From a bacterium (GTDB lineage: Bacteria; Krumholzibacteriota; Krumholzibacteriia; G020349025): DNA of 64,000 bases. Positions 29,281 to 38,725 of this stretch are shown one piece after another. The stretch is taken from positions 32,524 through 96,523 of the forward strand of contig JANLSU010000001.1 of the NCBI GenBank assembly GCA_031362565.1, given 5' to 3'. The position numbers were made by a program, and so were the translations under genes. The first letter of the stretch is position 1; each line of letters starts with the position of its first letter. The notes below the pieces were generated by a model, which saw nothing but the letters and a program-made list of their open reading frames with translations, did not search any database and was not told where the DNA came from.

Positions 29281-29339
29281 TCCGGGCATCCATTGAACAG
29301 TGCGCGCCGCCTTTGCGGCGCCCGATGAAAGGAAATCCA

Positions 29340-29858
29340 GTGAAGCAGGTGTCCAAGATTGTGGGCGTGGTGATCCTGGCTGTAGTCGCTCAAAGCGGTT
29401 GCAACAACGATGACTCGACGAGCCCAACGACCGGTAACTACGTGCAAGTGGATCGCATGGCGATCCCGGCGTTGAACACGGCGCTGATTCCTTCGGCGCA
29501 GAAGGAATCGTTCAATCGCTCGAACCCTTCCGGCGACGCTGTCACTTTCAAGGCAGCGGTCATCAGTTCGATTACGGCGCTGCGGGCGAACGTCGCGACC
29601 CGCGGGTTGGGCCCCGAGACCGGCACCCTGACGCCGGCGCAACTCGCGGACGTCATCATCCCCGACGTCGTGACGATCGACTTTGCGTCGGCCGTCAACT
29701 TTCCGAACGGCCGGGACCCGGACGATGACGTGATCGACGGGGTTCTGAGCCTGGTGCTGAACCGCGCCGTTGGCGACGGCATCGTCTCGGACAACACGAT
29801 CCTGGCGACGTTCCCGTACCTCGGCGTACCCAACAAGTTGCCGAAGCCGGGGATCTGA
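29340..29858 (+). CDS. DUF4331 family lipoprotein (C-terminal half type)
   Basis: Lipobox QSGC; QVDRMAIPALNT, PDV.TID, FPNGR...DDVID, FPYLG. Confidence 0.8.
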   Translation: MKQVSKIVGVVILAVVAQSGCNNDDSTSPTTGNYVQVDRMAIPALNTALIPSAQKESFNRSNPSGDAVTFKAAVISSITALRANVATRGLGPETGTLTPAQLADVIIPDVVTIDFASAVNFPNGRDPDDDVIDGVLSLVLNRAVGDGIVSDNTILATFPYLGVPNKLPKPGI

Positions 29859-29872
29859 TCACCGGCGCACCC

Positions 29873-29916
29873 CGCGCCCGGGAGCCTCTCCCCTGAAGGC
29901 TCCCGGGCGCGTCTTT
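29873..29916. terminator. Intrinsic terminator-like hairpin between convergent genes
   Basis: 15-bp perfect stem CGCGCCCGGGAGCCT (29873-29887) / AGGCTCCCGGGCGCG (29897-29911) followed by TCTTT. Confidence 0.7.
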
Positions 29917-30788
29917 CACCGCCGGCGCGCGCCACGCACGCGTGCAAACGTGAACGATGCCCACAGACTCTGCCAGTCCGCCTGGGCTCGATCCTCACTC
30001 GGCACCATGTGCACCACGTTGATGAGCCATTCGCCGTCGCGACCGACATCGAGCGTCACGCGTCCATCGCGCGCCGTGCGCTGTTGCTCGACCGGCGCGA
30101 CCGAGTCGCGCGCCGCCGCGTCGAAAGGTTGCGCCGCGTTGGCGAGTTCGCGGTTCCAAGTGCGCACCAAGACGTTGGGCAGCGGCCGCCCCACGTAGAG
30201 CACCTGCACGGTCAAGCGCCGGCCGCGCACCGGATCCGCGAGCGGCAGGATCTCGATCGGCAGGCCCTGGGGAACGCTGGCTCGCTGCACCTGGTCCCCC
30301 GCGACCCAGGTCTTCGCGAAGCGCGCGTAACGTTCACGCCCCGGGCCCGCCCGCTCACCCAACGCGCGCCGCGCCGCAAGCGGCGCATCGAGGCCTTCGT
30401 TGGCCAAATACGCATCGAATCGCGCCGCCGGCAACTCGATCAAAGTGAAGTTCGACTGATAGGTGAGTAATTGCCCACCTTGATCAGGTGGGATATAGAG
30501 CGCCCAACGCAGCTCGCCGTTCGTGACCGCCTTCATGAGGTCAACAGACTTCGCACCCTGCATCCCAAAGCGCACCGTCCGCGTCACCGCAAACGGTTTC
30601 ACCTCACCTCGAAATCCACTCCCAATAAACGCCCGAATCGTCACCGTATCATGCAGCGCCGGCCGGTAGTTCGAAGGCGCCAACCAAAACTCATGCCCCC
30701 AAGCGACACTCGCAAAAAACAGCACCCCCAGCGCGATTGCGGCGCCACTCTTCTGCATCGCGCTCCCGAGAAGTTGTCGCCGCGTCAT
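29916..30788 (-). CDS. DUF4198 domain secreted protein
   Basis: Signal then HEFWLAP; FDAYL..EGL, ERYARFAKT, GLPIEILP..DP, G.WLI..VHM, W.S.WASFTF. Confidence 0.82.
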   Translation of the reverse strand: MTRRQLLGSAMQKSGAAIALGVLFFASVAWGHEFWLAPSNYRPALHDTVTIRAFIGSGFRGEVKPFAVTRTVRFGMQGAKSVDLMKAVTNGELRWALYIPPDQGGQLLTYQSNFTLIELPAARFDAYLANEGLDAPLAARRALGERAGPGRERYARFAKTWVAGDQVQRASVPQGLPIEILPLADPVRGRRLTVQVLYVGRPLPNVLVRTWNRELANAAQPFDAAARDSVAPVEQQRTARDGRVTLDVGRDGEWLINVVHMVPSEDRAQADWQSLWASFTFARVRGARRR

Positions 30789-30851
30789 GACCACTCGGCG
30801 AAGGTGAGAACGACGGCGCTCGTGCGCCAGCGCTGAACACTGACTCTCATC

Positions 30852-31364
30852 CTACCACTGATCGGCCGGAGCGCCCGGCGCGTACAACGCGGTATTGGAC
30901 GACGGACGCCACGTAAACTCTCCATGCGCCTCAAGATCTCCAAATGTGGCAACTATCGTGTACAAGCCGGGTGGCGTAAAATGGAGTGTTGGGGGCACGT
31001 GATCGTAGTTGTAGATTCGACCGTCGAAGTTGAAATCTCCAACCGCAGCCTCAGCGGGGTCTAGGGTCCCACAGCAGAAATCCGGGCAGCCGGGATGAGG
31101 CACCCCGTTGTCGAACCACGTTCCATCGGGATTTTTCACGCCCACGAAGACAACCCCGTACAAACACGATACCGGGTGCCGGACACCCATCTGTCCAATA
31201 TTCAAGACCCGCCCTGTCGCAGCGATCGTATCGCCGGGACCTCCCGTAGTGGCGTCTTGGCTCAAGGTGAGTTGCAACCTCGATTCCACTGGTCGTTCTG
31301 CATCATCCCAGCAACCGAGGGCCAGCAGGGCGAGCAACCCCGCAGCAAGGGGCAACCGTCTCAT
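30852..31364 (-). CDS. Hypothetical lipoprotein
   Basis: Lipobox LALGC; Ig-like beta pattern ending PPGLYTIVATF; Cys cluster CPDFCC. Confidence 0.6.
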   Translation of the reverse strand: MRRLPLAAGLLALLALGCWDDAERPVESRLQLTLSQDATTGGPGDTIAATGRVLNIGQMGVRHPVSCLYGVVFVGVKNPDGTWFDNGVPHPGCPDFCCGTLDPAEAAVGDFNFDGRIYNYDHVPPTLHFTPPGLYTIVATFGDLEAHGEFTWRPSSNTALYAPGAPADQW

Positions 31365-31429
31365 GACCACACCTTCTGACGTCTGACGACCTAGCGTGCA
31401 CGCACGGGCCCGGCGCGTGCACCGCGGTG

Positions 31430-32014
31430 TTAGTTCCTAAACATCGACTTGACGGCGGACCAAGCGACCTGGTGCGTGGACACTGTGCAGGGACCGCTGT
31501 TGATCCGGGCTTCGCCCCCCGCCACGTACAAGCCGGTGTAATTCGCATCGCAAATTGTCACGATAGGCGCGAACAGGTGGCATGCGTCGCACGGGGTTGA
31601 CGAACGACGTACAGACACGACTCGTGGCGAGACCGGTGCAAGAGGGAAGCACGCGATCGTGTACAGAAGCACTGCATTCTGCGGTCCCTGGCCAGACATG
31701 CAACTTGCAAACGCGATGGCGCCGTCCCCGCCGGTAGGGTCGCCGATCGCCAGGGACGCCGTGGCGTTTGGAGTGACTGACCGGAAAATGTCGGACACTC
31801 CGTCGACACGAAACCGTGCACCCGTAATTCCATTCGCGGCCGCGTCCGCGCCCAGGATGCCGATCAGGTAAACACTGAATGGAGTGAACAGCTCGACCGA
31901 CTGATCACAGTCGGTGGCGTCAGCGTCGAAGAACACCCCGATGGACGTAGCAGCCCCGACCGCCGCGTCTCCAAGCAGGGCTAAAAACAGAACAACACAA
32001 GCCGCAGGTCTCAT
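31430..32014 (-). CDS. Secreted Cys-containing hypothetical protein with C-terminal 'AWSAVKSMF' tail
   Basis: AGGAGG RBS, signal peptide, IGVFFDA.A..C start, terminal VSTHQVAWSAVKSMFRN. Confidence 0.65.
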   Translation of the reverse strand: MRPAACVVLFLALLGDAAVGAATSIGVFFDADATDCDQSVELFTPFSVYLIGILGADAAANGITGARFRVDGVSDIFRSVTPNATASLAIGDPTGGDGAIAFASCMSGQGPQNAVLLYTIACFPLAPVSPRVVSVRRSSTPCDACHLFAPIVTICDANYTGLYVAGGEARINSGPCTVSTHQVAWSAVKSMFRN

Positions 32015-32110
32015 CCTGCACCTCCTGGCCGCGTCAGCCAGCGAGCTCTCGCCGCCAAACGCCCGATGTCCGATTGTGGCTGCCCAACACCCGAAACGCA
32101 ACCGACCCCG

Positions 32111-32146
32111 CCCACACCTCCGAAGACCCCCACGCATCAGCAATCG
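32111..32146 (+). repeat. Partial (one-arm) copy of the REPIN/MITE-like repeat
   Basis: CCCACACCTCCGAAGACC (32111-32128) is identical to 55666-55683; similarity continues through ccacgca...gcaatc. Confidence 0.7.
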
Positions 32147-32183
32147 TTTCGGTCGCGGGGGAAGGGGAGCGGCCGCTGAGCGT

Positions 32184-33473
32184 TCAGTGGCGCTCGACGT
32201 GCGTCTTCAGCCGCCAGTACGACGGAAACGCCTTTTCGAGCTGCGCCTGCGTCGCCGCCGCATCGACGCTGCGCCCCAGCTTCGCCTGCACATCCGCTCG
32301 CAGCCAGTAGGCCGGGATGAACCCCGGATGCGCCGCAATCACCGCGCTAGCCGTGTTCAGTGCCTTTTCGTTGACGTCGTTGCGAAACAGCGCGTCGGCG
32401 AGCAAGAACAGCAACACCGGCGATGTCGTGTGGCTCGACGCGAACGCCGATTGTGCCTGGTGCAGAGCCTTGTGATTGTCGCCATGGTCGAAGTTCGCGA
32501 GCACGCTCACGACGAGCAGGATCTCGCGTGCGCCGGGATCCTTGGGCGTTCGCCGTGCTTCCTTGACGAGCGTGTCTTGCATCGCCACGACCGCCGGCGC
32601 AAACGGGCTTTCGACGCCGTGCAACAGCACTTCATGGAGGGCTTCGTAGTACGCCTCGGTCATCGCCCCCTCGCGGCGCCGAAGATCGCCAAGCTTCGCA
32701 TGCAGACCCGGCTCGTAGGGGGCGCGGCGCAGCGCTTCCTGCAGCAGTCCGACGGCGCCGTCGACATCGCCGCCCGCCGCCCGCGCTTCGGCAAAGTACG
32801 ACAGGTCCTGGGCGGTGCCGAGCGCCGGATCCAAGTCGAAGGCCGTGGTATACGCGGCTGCCGCATCGCGTGTCTTGCCGGCCACGAACGCGCACTCCGC
32901 CAAGGCGCGCGCCGCCTCGGCCCAGCGCGGCGCACGCTCCGTCGCCGCATGCAGGCGCAAGAGCGCTTCGGCGTAGCGCTGCGTCGAATACAACGCAATG
33001 CCTTCCCAGTACGCCGCCCCGGCGCGGGTTTCGTCGGGCGTCGCGGCGGGCGCGTACGAATCGTCGGCCGCTTGATCAGCGGTCCGCGCCGCTTCGATTG
33101 CTGGACCCCAGGCGGCGAGTTTGAGGCGCGCCGCGGCGAGGTGATTCCAAGGCCGGCGCAGGTTCGGCAGCAGCACTGTCGCCCGCGTCGCGAGGTCGGA
33201 TGCGTGCGTGAAGTTGCCGCTCGCGAAGGCGGCGCGATAGGCCGCCACGTACTCGGTGAACACGTCCGCGTGCAGTGCGGCCGGGAATTGGCTCGGGTCA
33301 ACGTATTGAAAGATGCGCGCCGCGTGCGGGCCGGTGGTCACCGCGCCGGGGATTCCGCCCGCCGCCGGGCCGGGGCCGCCGAGCGCCACGATGGCGCTCG
33401 CGAAGCCCAGGGCACGAATCCATCGATGGCGCGGCTTCTGGGAGCGGATGTCGCGGCCGGGTGATCGACGCAT
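32184..33473 (-). CDS. Tetratricopeptide-repeat protein, probably secreted
   Basis: Signal-like N-terminus; repeated TPR-type helices (AAYWEGIALY, LHAKLGDL, AYWLRADV). Confidence 0.72.
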   Translation of the reverse strand: MRRSPGRDIRSQKPRHRWIRALGFASAIVALGGPGPAAGGIPGAVTTGPHAARIFQYVDPSQFPAALHADVFTEYVAAYRAAFASGNFTHASDLATRATVLLPNLRRPWNHLAAARLKLAAWGPAIEAARTADQAADDSYAPAATPDETRAGAAYWEGIALYSTQRYAEALLRLHAATERAPRWAEAARALAECAFVAGKTRDAAAAYTTAFDLDPALGTAQDLSYFAEARAAGGDVDGAVGLLQEALRRAPYEPGLHAKLGDLRRREGAMTEAYYEALHEVLLHGVESPFAPAVVAMQDTLVKEARRTPKDPGAREILLVVSVLANFDHGDNHKALHQAQSAFASSHTTSPVLLFLLADALFRNDVNEKALNTASAVIAAHPGFIPAYWLRADVQAKLGRSVDAAATQAQLEKAFPSYWRLKTHVERH

Positions 33474-33528
33474 GATGAGCCAAGATCGAGCCCCGCTACG
33501 GCCAAGTCAAGCCGGTGCCCGTTAACCA

Positions 33529-34497
33529 TCAGGCGGAGAGGAGGATTTGCGCCAAGAGCGCCGGGTCCACATTGCCGCCGGAGAGGACGACGCCGACGCG
33601 CTTCCCCTCGACGTCCGGGATGCGGCCTGCCAGGAGCGCTGCGACCCCGACGGCGCCCGTCGGCTCGACCAGGAGCTTGAGGCGCTCGAGCAGGAAGCGC
33701 ACCGCGGCCACGATCTCCGAGTCGCGGACGAGGACGATCGAATCGAGATGTTCACGCAGAATGGGGAAGGTCAACTCGCCGGGTTCGATGGCGCGCATAC
33801 CATCGGCGATCGTGTGCGGCGGGGGAATGCGGGTTCGCACCCCGCTTTGCATCGACAGATAGGTGTCGTTGGCGTCTTCGGCCTCGATGCCCACCAGCCG
33901 AATGCGTGGCGCGAGGGCGCGAGCGGCGATCGCGCAGCCCGCCATCAAGCCGCCGCCGCCGATCGGCGCGACGAGGACATCGAGATCCGCAATCTCGGTC
34001 AACAGCTCCATTGCCACCGTTCCTTGGCCGGCGATGATCGCTGGGTCATCGTAGGGGGGCACGAGCGCCAAGCCGTGCTCGGCGGCGAGTTCGCGGGCCC
34101 GCTGCTCGCGGTGCTCCGAGGTCGTGCCGGCGAGGACGATGCGTGCCCCATACGCTTCGGTCGCGGCCCGTTTGGACGGAATGATCGTTTCGGGGACACA
34201 GATTGTTGCCGGCACCCCAAAAATCTGCGCCGCGAGCGCGACGCCTTGGGCGTGGTTTCCGGACGAATACGCAATCACACCCTGGGCTCGTGCCTCGGCG
34301 CCGAGCGTCGCCAACTTGTTGTAGGCGCCGCGAATCTTGAAGGCGCCGGCACGCTGCAGGTTCTCGCATTTGAGGAACACGGCGGCCCCGGCCTGGGCAT
34401 CCAGACTCCGGGCCCGCACCACCGGCGTGCGATGCACCACCGGGCTCAGGCGGGTCGCGGCCTCGACGATGTCGGTGAAACGCGGCGCTGTTTCCAT
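33529..34497 (-). CDS. PLP-dependent threonine/serine dehydratase family enzyme (no ACT domain)
   Basis: KCENLQRAGAFKIRGA, SSGNHAQG, PIGGGGL, VEPTGA, LSGGNVD. Confidence 0.92.
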   Translation of the reverse strand: METAPRFTDIVEAATRLSPVVHRTPVVRARSLDAQAGAAVFLKCENLQRAGAFKIRGAYNKLATLGAEARAQGVIAYSSGNHAQGVALAAQIFGVPATICVPETIIPSKRAATEAYGARIVLAGTTSEHREQRARELAAEHGLALVPPYDDPAIIAGQGTVAMELLTEIADLDVLVAPIGGGGLMAGCAIAARALAPRIRLVGIEAEDANDTYLSMQSGVRTRIPPPHTIADGMRAIEPGELTFPILREHLDSIVLVRDSEIVAAVRFLLERLKLLVEPTGAVGVAALLAGRIPDVEGKRVGVVLSGGNVDPALLAQILLSA

Positions 34498-34686
34498 CGG
34501 CGGATGGTAGTGCGGCCGGGCCGGGAACCGAAATTGGTTTTTCGTCCCGGGCGCTTTTTGTGTTGCACCCAGGCAAGCACCGCCTGGATACTCCGCGCGG
34601 CTCCAAGGAGTGGAGGCGATCCGGCGCGCCCGTTATCCCGCGCGCGTCGACGGCGACTCCGATGCGGTGGTGGAGGTGGGGTCTCG

Positions 34687-36099
34687 GTGGCGATCTTCGG
34701 TAATCTCTTCGGACAGATCTTCGGCGACTCTGCCGCCGAACTCGAGGCGCAAGGCGACTACTTTGCCGGCGTGAACAACTGGCGTCGTGCGACCGAGGAG
34801 TATCGGCGCGCTCTGCAGCGCACCAGCAAGACCTCGGTCGGTTACCGCCGGCTCGCTGCCAAGTACGACGAGTCGCGCCTGCGCTCGTTCGACGCCCTCG
34901 TCGAAGAAATCCAATCACACATCGATGTCCGCGAGTTCACGTATGCCACCGAACAAATCTCGTTGGCGCGGACCTTGGCCGAGAACGACGGGCAGCGTGA
35001 GAAGCTCGACGAATGTGAACGGCGCCTGCGTGGCACCGGGCGCGCCGCGGCGACGGCGACCGGCGGCGGCCATGGTGCGGGTTCTTCGGCCCCTCCATCC
35101 GATGCCGCCCGAGCGGAATACGAAGCGCCGTCGGCGCGCCTCGACAACGCGCCGAGCTTCGCGCGCACCGTGCGTCCCGAACCGGCACCGCGGCTCGACG
35201 TCCCGGCGCGCCCCGCGGCGAGCGTCCAGCGCGAGCCCAATCCCGATCAGACGTTCCAGAAAGTCCTGGCGCGCATGCCGGCGGCGGAGATCGCCAAGCG
35301 CTCGCGGCTCGGCATGCACTATCGGGATGCGGTCCTCGCCTACTCGCGCGGCGACGCGACACGCGCCGTCGAACTATTCCAGCGGTCGGTCGAGGAACAC
35401 CCGGACGAAATGCTCGTCTTGTACGATTTGGCAGCCGCTTTGGCAGCCGCGGGACGCACCCGCGAGGCACAGACCGTGTATCTGCGCATCATCGAACGCG
35501 ATCCACGCGACTGGCAGCCGTACTATGAGATCTCGCAGTTGCAGTGGCTGGATGGCTTGCGCGACCGGGCCCTGGCAACAGTCGAGGAGGGCCTCGATCG
35601 CCACCCGCGGAGCGGTTACCTCGTGGCGCAATGGGGTGTTCTCCTCTACAAGATGGGCGAACCGCGGCGGGCCATCGAAAAGTTCTACGAGGCGTTGCAG
35701 CTCGACTCGTTCGACGACGCGGGCCTCTATCACGTCATCGCCAATTTGCATCTCGAGATGGCGGACGAGGAGAAGGCACGGCGCGGCTACTTGAAGGCCC
35801 TCGAACTGAATCCGGCCAGCGTCGGCACCATGCTCGACTACGCCGAATTCCTGGTCGAACGAAAGGCCGACGCGCGGGCCGCGCTGGCGGTTCTGGAAGC
35901 CGCGTTCCGGACCCTGCGGTTGCATCCGGGCCCCAAGATGCACCACGCCTATCGTTCGTACCTCTCGTCACGGGCGCACAGCATGCTCGGGCAGCGCGAA
36001 ATGGCTTTGCTTGCCGCGACCCGTGCCCTCGAGGAAAACGACATGGCGTGGCTCGAGGACGCTCTCGAGTCCCAGCGGCAGGCCGTCCTCGCCGTCTAA
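34687..36099 (+). CDS. TPR protein with Pro/Ala-rich linker
   Basis: GGAGG RBS before GTG; C-terminal TPR array (LYDLAAAL, YYEISQL, VAQWGVLLY, YHVIANL, YLKALELNP). Confidence 0.75.
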   Translation: MAIFGNLFGQIFGDSAAELEAQGDYFAGVNNWRRATEEYRRALQRTSKTSVGYRRLAAKYDESRLRSFDALVEEIQSHIDVREFTYATEQISLARTLAENDGQREKLDECERRLRGTGRAAATATGGGHGAGSSAPPSDAARAEYEAPSARLDNAPSFARTVRPEPAPRLDVPARPAASVQREPNPDQTFQKVLARMPAAEIAKRSRLGMHYRDAVLAYSRGDATRAVELFQRSVEEHPDEMLVLYDLAAALAAAGRTREAQTVYLRIIERDPRDWQPYYEISQLQWLDGLRDRALATVEEGLDRHPRSGYLVAQWGVLLYKMGEPRRAIEKFYEALQLDSFDDAGLYHVIANLHLEMADEEKARRGYLKALELNPASVGTMLDYAEFLVERKADARAALAVLEAAFRTLRLHPGPKMHHAYRSYLSSRAHSMLGQREMALLAATRALEENDMAWLEDALESQRQAVLAV

Positions 36100-36119
36100 A
36101 GCCGCGCCCGCTCATGACC

Positions 36120-36148
36120 TTGTCCAGCGCCCCGTCGCGGGGTAGACT
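36120..36148 (+). promoter_or_regulatory. Sigma-70-like promoter
   Basis: TTGTCC (36120-36125), 17-nt spacer, TAGACT (36143-36148). Confidence 0.5.
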
Positions 36149-36219
36149 GCGGTCCGTTCCGCGGGCGGCACGCTGCCGTCTGCGCCGCGCTTCACCAAGC
36201 CGACCCGCGAGGCTGCCTT

Positions 36220-37065
36220 CTGACCGTCGAACGCGAATATGACCTGCAGCTCAGCCACACGCTCTGGGAATTGGAGCGGATGGCGCGGCGCGGCACGGCG
36301 AGCGAGGGGCTGCGGCGTTCGCTCATCGAAACGCACTCCCAACACATCCGCTACATGGAAGATGTGGCGCAGATTCCGCGCCAGCAGCGCACTACCGTGT
36401 TGCTACAACCGAAGCCGACTCACGCGCTCTTGATGCTGCCGGCCGAAGGCATGACGGCCGAGGAACTGCAGCCGCTGGCGGAAGAATTCCACCGGCGCGG
36501 GTTCATCGTGATGGCCACCAATCTCGCCTACCGCACCCTCGACAAGCCGGGACGCAGCCCGGTGTATTGGCAGACATGCTCCGACGAAGTCGAAAATCGC
36601 TTCGACGTGCTGGCGCACTACTCGACACGCGTCTCGATCCTGGGCATCGGGATGGGCGGCCTGTTGGGTTTGCAGGTCGCAACCACGCGCCGCGTCGGTG
36701 AGGTCGTGGCGCTTTTCCCGACGTTCGGTTCGCAGGATGGACTCGTCGAGCGCTTGCGCGCGACGTTGCACCGCTTGCTGCGGCGCGAGGAAAAACTGCC
36801 GCGCACCTGGCCCGAGCAACGCAAGGCGGCCTCGCGCGCCGCCGGCGCCAATCTGGTGCGCGCTGCGGTGCCGTTCTATGTCTTGGTGGAGGATCGCAAC
36901 GATCGCAGCGAACCGGGGCAGGCGGCGCAAGCGGCGCGCAAGCTCGTGCAGCGCGCCGCGACCAAGGTGCGCGTCCTGCGACCCGGCGAAGCGGCAAGTC
37001 TCCGCGACCTGCCGCCGGGTGTGTTCGACGAAATCATGGCGTTCCTGCGCCGCCCCATCGTCTGA
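36220..37065 (+). CDS. Alpha/beta-hydrolase-fold protein lacking the nucleophilic Ser
   Basis: LAEEFHRRGFIV and VSILGIGMGGLLGL (G-x-S-x-G elbow with S replaced by G); frame open upstream to CTG at 36220 after a GAGG RBS; first standard start is TTG at 36271. Confidence 0.6.
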   Translation: MTVEREYDLQLSHTLWELERMARRGTASEGLRRSLIETHSQHIRYMEDVAQIPRQQRTTVLLQPKPTHALLMLPAEGMTAEELQPLAEEFHRRGFIVMATNLAYRTLDKPGRSPVYWQTCSDEVENRFDVLAHYSTRVSILGIGMGGLLGLQVATTRRVGEVVALFPTFGSQDGLVERLRATLHRLLRREEKLPRTWPEQRKAASRAAGANLVRAAVPFYVLVEDRNDRSEPGQAAQAARKLVQRAATKVRVLRPGEAASLRDLPPGVFDEIMAFLRRPIV

Positions 37066-37076
37066 AAAGACTTTGC

Positions 37077-37835
37077 CTACTGTAGGGCGTCGAACTTGAA
37101 GTTGGGGTCGACCCGGCGCAGGCGTTCGACGGTGTCCTGCAAGCGTTGGCGCGCTTCCGGAGTTCCCGAACGTTTGTATTCGGCGAAGCGGTCGAGAAAT
37201 TCGTCGCGCAGGACCTGGACGCCTTCGGTCAGCGCCGCACGGTCCAGGTGGTAGAGCTCGCCGTCGCCTATCCGGTCGATGAATCCGAAGTACTCGCCGC
37301 GCAGTTGCGCCAGCACCCGGACATAGCGCTCGAAACCCACCGCGAGTTTGTCCATGACCTCGGCGACGGCGCTCGTGCTTCCGAAGACGCTTTGACTGTA
37401 CGTCGAAGCGAAATCGTAGTACGTCTTGGCGCGGCCGACGAAGGTCGCTTCGGTCGGCCGGAACGCACTCGATCGCGAATTGGGGCGCCGCCCGTCCGGG
37501 TTGTTGAAAACGCCGATCGACATCAACAAGTGGTCGGCGTTGACACGGTAGACTCGATACCGGAAGCGCTTGCTCGGCGAGTGCTGGGCGGTCTCGAAGA
37601 CCGTCGTATCGTGTGGCGAGATGTAGCTGCCAACGCGCACGCAGTACTGCGGGTCGGCGTACGACCCGAGCAGCTGCGCCAGGTAGATGTTGACGTCGTG
37701 ATCGCGGCCGTCGTCGTCGCTCGGCAACCCAACGTCGGCACGGCTCTGGAGGAGGCAGCGCAGCATGAATGCCGCGCGCGCTTCCGATGGACGGGAACTG
37801 CCGTCGGCGTCAACTGGGATGTAGCGTTCCTGCAT
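37077..37835 (-). CDS. Hypothetical alpha-helical protein
   Basis: Long ORF with a protein-like pattern (VNIYLAQLL, YRVNADHLLMSIGVF, AKTYYDFA, FERYVRVL); preceded by a consensus sigma-54 promoter. Confidence 0.7.
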   Translation of the reverse strand: MQERYIPVDADGSSRPSEARAAFMLRCLLQSRADVGLPSDDDGRDHDVNIYLAQLLGSYADPQYCVRVGSYISPHDTTVFETAQHSPSKRFRYRVYRVNADHLLMSIGVFNNPDGRRPNSRSSAFRPTEATFVGRAKTYYDFASTYSQSVFGSTSAVAEVMDKLAVGFERYVRVLAQLRGEYFGFIDRIGDGELYHLDRAALTEGVQVLRDEFLDRFAEYKRSGTPEARQRLQDTVERLRRVDPNFKFDALQ

Positions 37836-37877
37836 CTCGCTCACCACCTGTCTTGGTGGATTGTCTGGCGCGAAGTC

Positions 37878-37893
37878 AGCAAGGCGCGTGCCA
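37878..37893 (-). promoter_or_regulatory. Sigma-54 -24/-12 promoter
   Basis: Minus strand reads TGGCACGCGCCTTGCT, a full match to TGGCACG-N4-TTGCW, about 40 nt upstream of the start at 37835. Confidence 0.75.
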
Positions 37894-37918
37894 CGGGTAA
37901 AACGCCAGGAGGCATGCC

Positions 37919-38725
37919 ATGCGAGTCGGTTTCCTGCAAATGGAGCCACAGTTCGGGGCGGTCGCCGCCAATGTCGAGACGATCGAACGCGCCCTCACCG
38001 GCAAACGTGACGCGACGATTGTGCTGCCGGAACTCTGCACCACCGGATACCTGTTCGCATCGCGACGCGAGGCCGCGGCGCTCGCGGAACCTGCCGACGG
38101 GTTCGCCGTGCAACGCCTCGGCGCACTGGCGAAGCGCAACCGGCTGACACTCTGCTTCGGCTTCGCCGAACGCGACGGACGCCGGGTCTATAACAGCGCC
38201 GCCACCGTCACTCCGCAGGGCGAGACCTTCGTGTACCGCAAGGCACATTTGTTCGATCGCGAAAAACTGGTCTTCGACGCGGCGCGACCGCGTTTCACCG
38301 CGATCGGCCGCGAGACGCCGCTGGGCGTGATGATCTGCTTCGATTGGTTCTTTCCAGAAGTTTGCCGGGCCCTGGCACTGGCGGGCGCACGTGTCGTGTT
38401 GCACCCCGCGAATCTGGTACTGCCTTACTGCCAGGCGGCGATGACGACCCGCTGCGTGGAGAACCGGGTTTTTGCCGTGACCTGCAATCGCGTCGGCGCC
38501 GAGCGCCGGGCTGGCGCGGCGCTGCGTTTCACCGGCCAGAGCCAAATCGTCGATTGCCGCGGCCGCGTCGTGGTGCGGGCGAGTGCGACGAACGAGGAAC
38601 TGCAGATCGTGCGGATCGACCCCGAGCAAGCCGCCGACAAGCAAATCACGCCACGCAATCATCTGTTCCGGGACCGCCGGCCGGAGTTGTACGGATCGCT
38701 GGTCCGGAAGATCGCGCCGCGCTGA
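37919..38725 (+). CDS. Carbon-nitrogen hydrolase (nitrilase superfamily)
   Basis: Catalytic triad motifs VLPEL, YRKAHLF, GVMICFDWFFPE. Confidence 0.92.
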   Translation: MRVGFLQMEPQFGAVAANVETIERALTGKRDATIVLPELCTTGYLFASRREAAALAEPADGFAVQRLGALAKRNRLTLCFGFAERDGRRVYNSAATVTPQGETFVYRKAHLFDREKLVFDAARPRFTAIGRETPLGVMICFDWFFPEVCRALALAGARVVLHPANLVLPYCQAAMTTRCVENRVFAVTCNRVGAERRAGAALRFTGQSQIVDCRGRVVVRASATNEELQIVRIDPEQAADKQITPRNHLFRDRRPELYGSLVRKIAPR

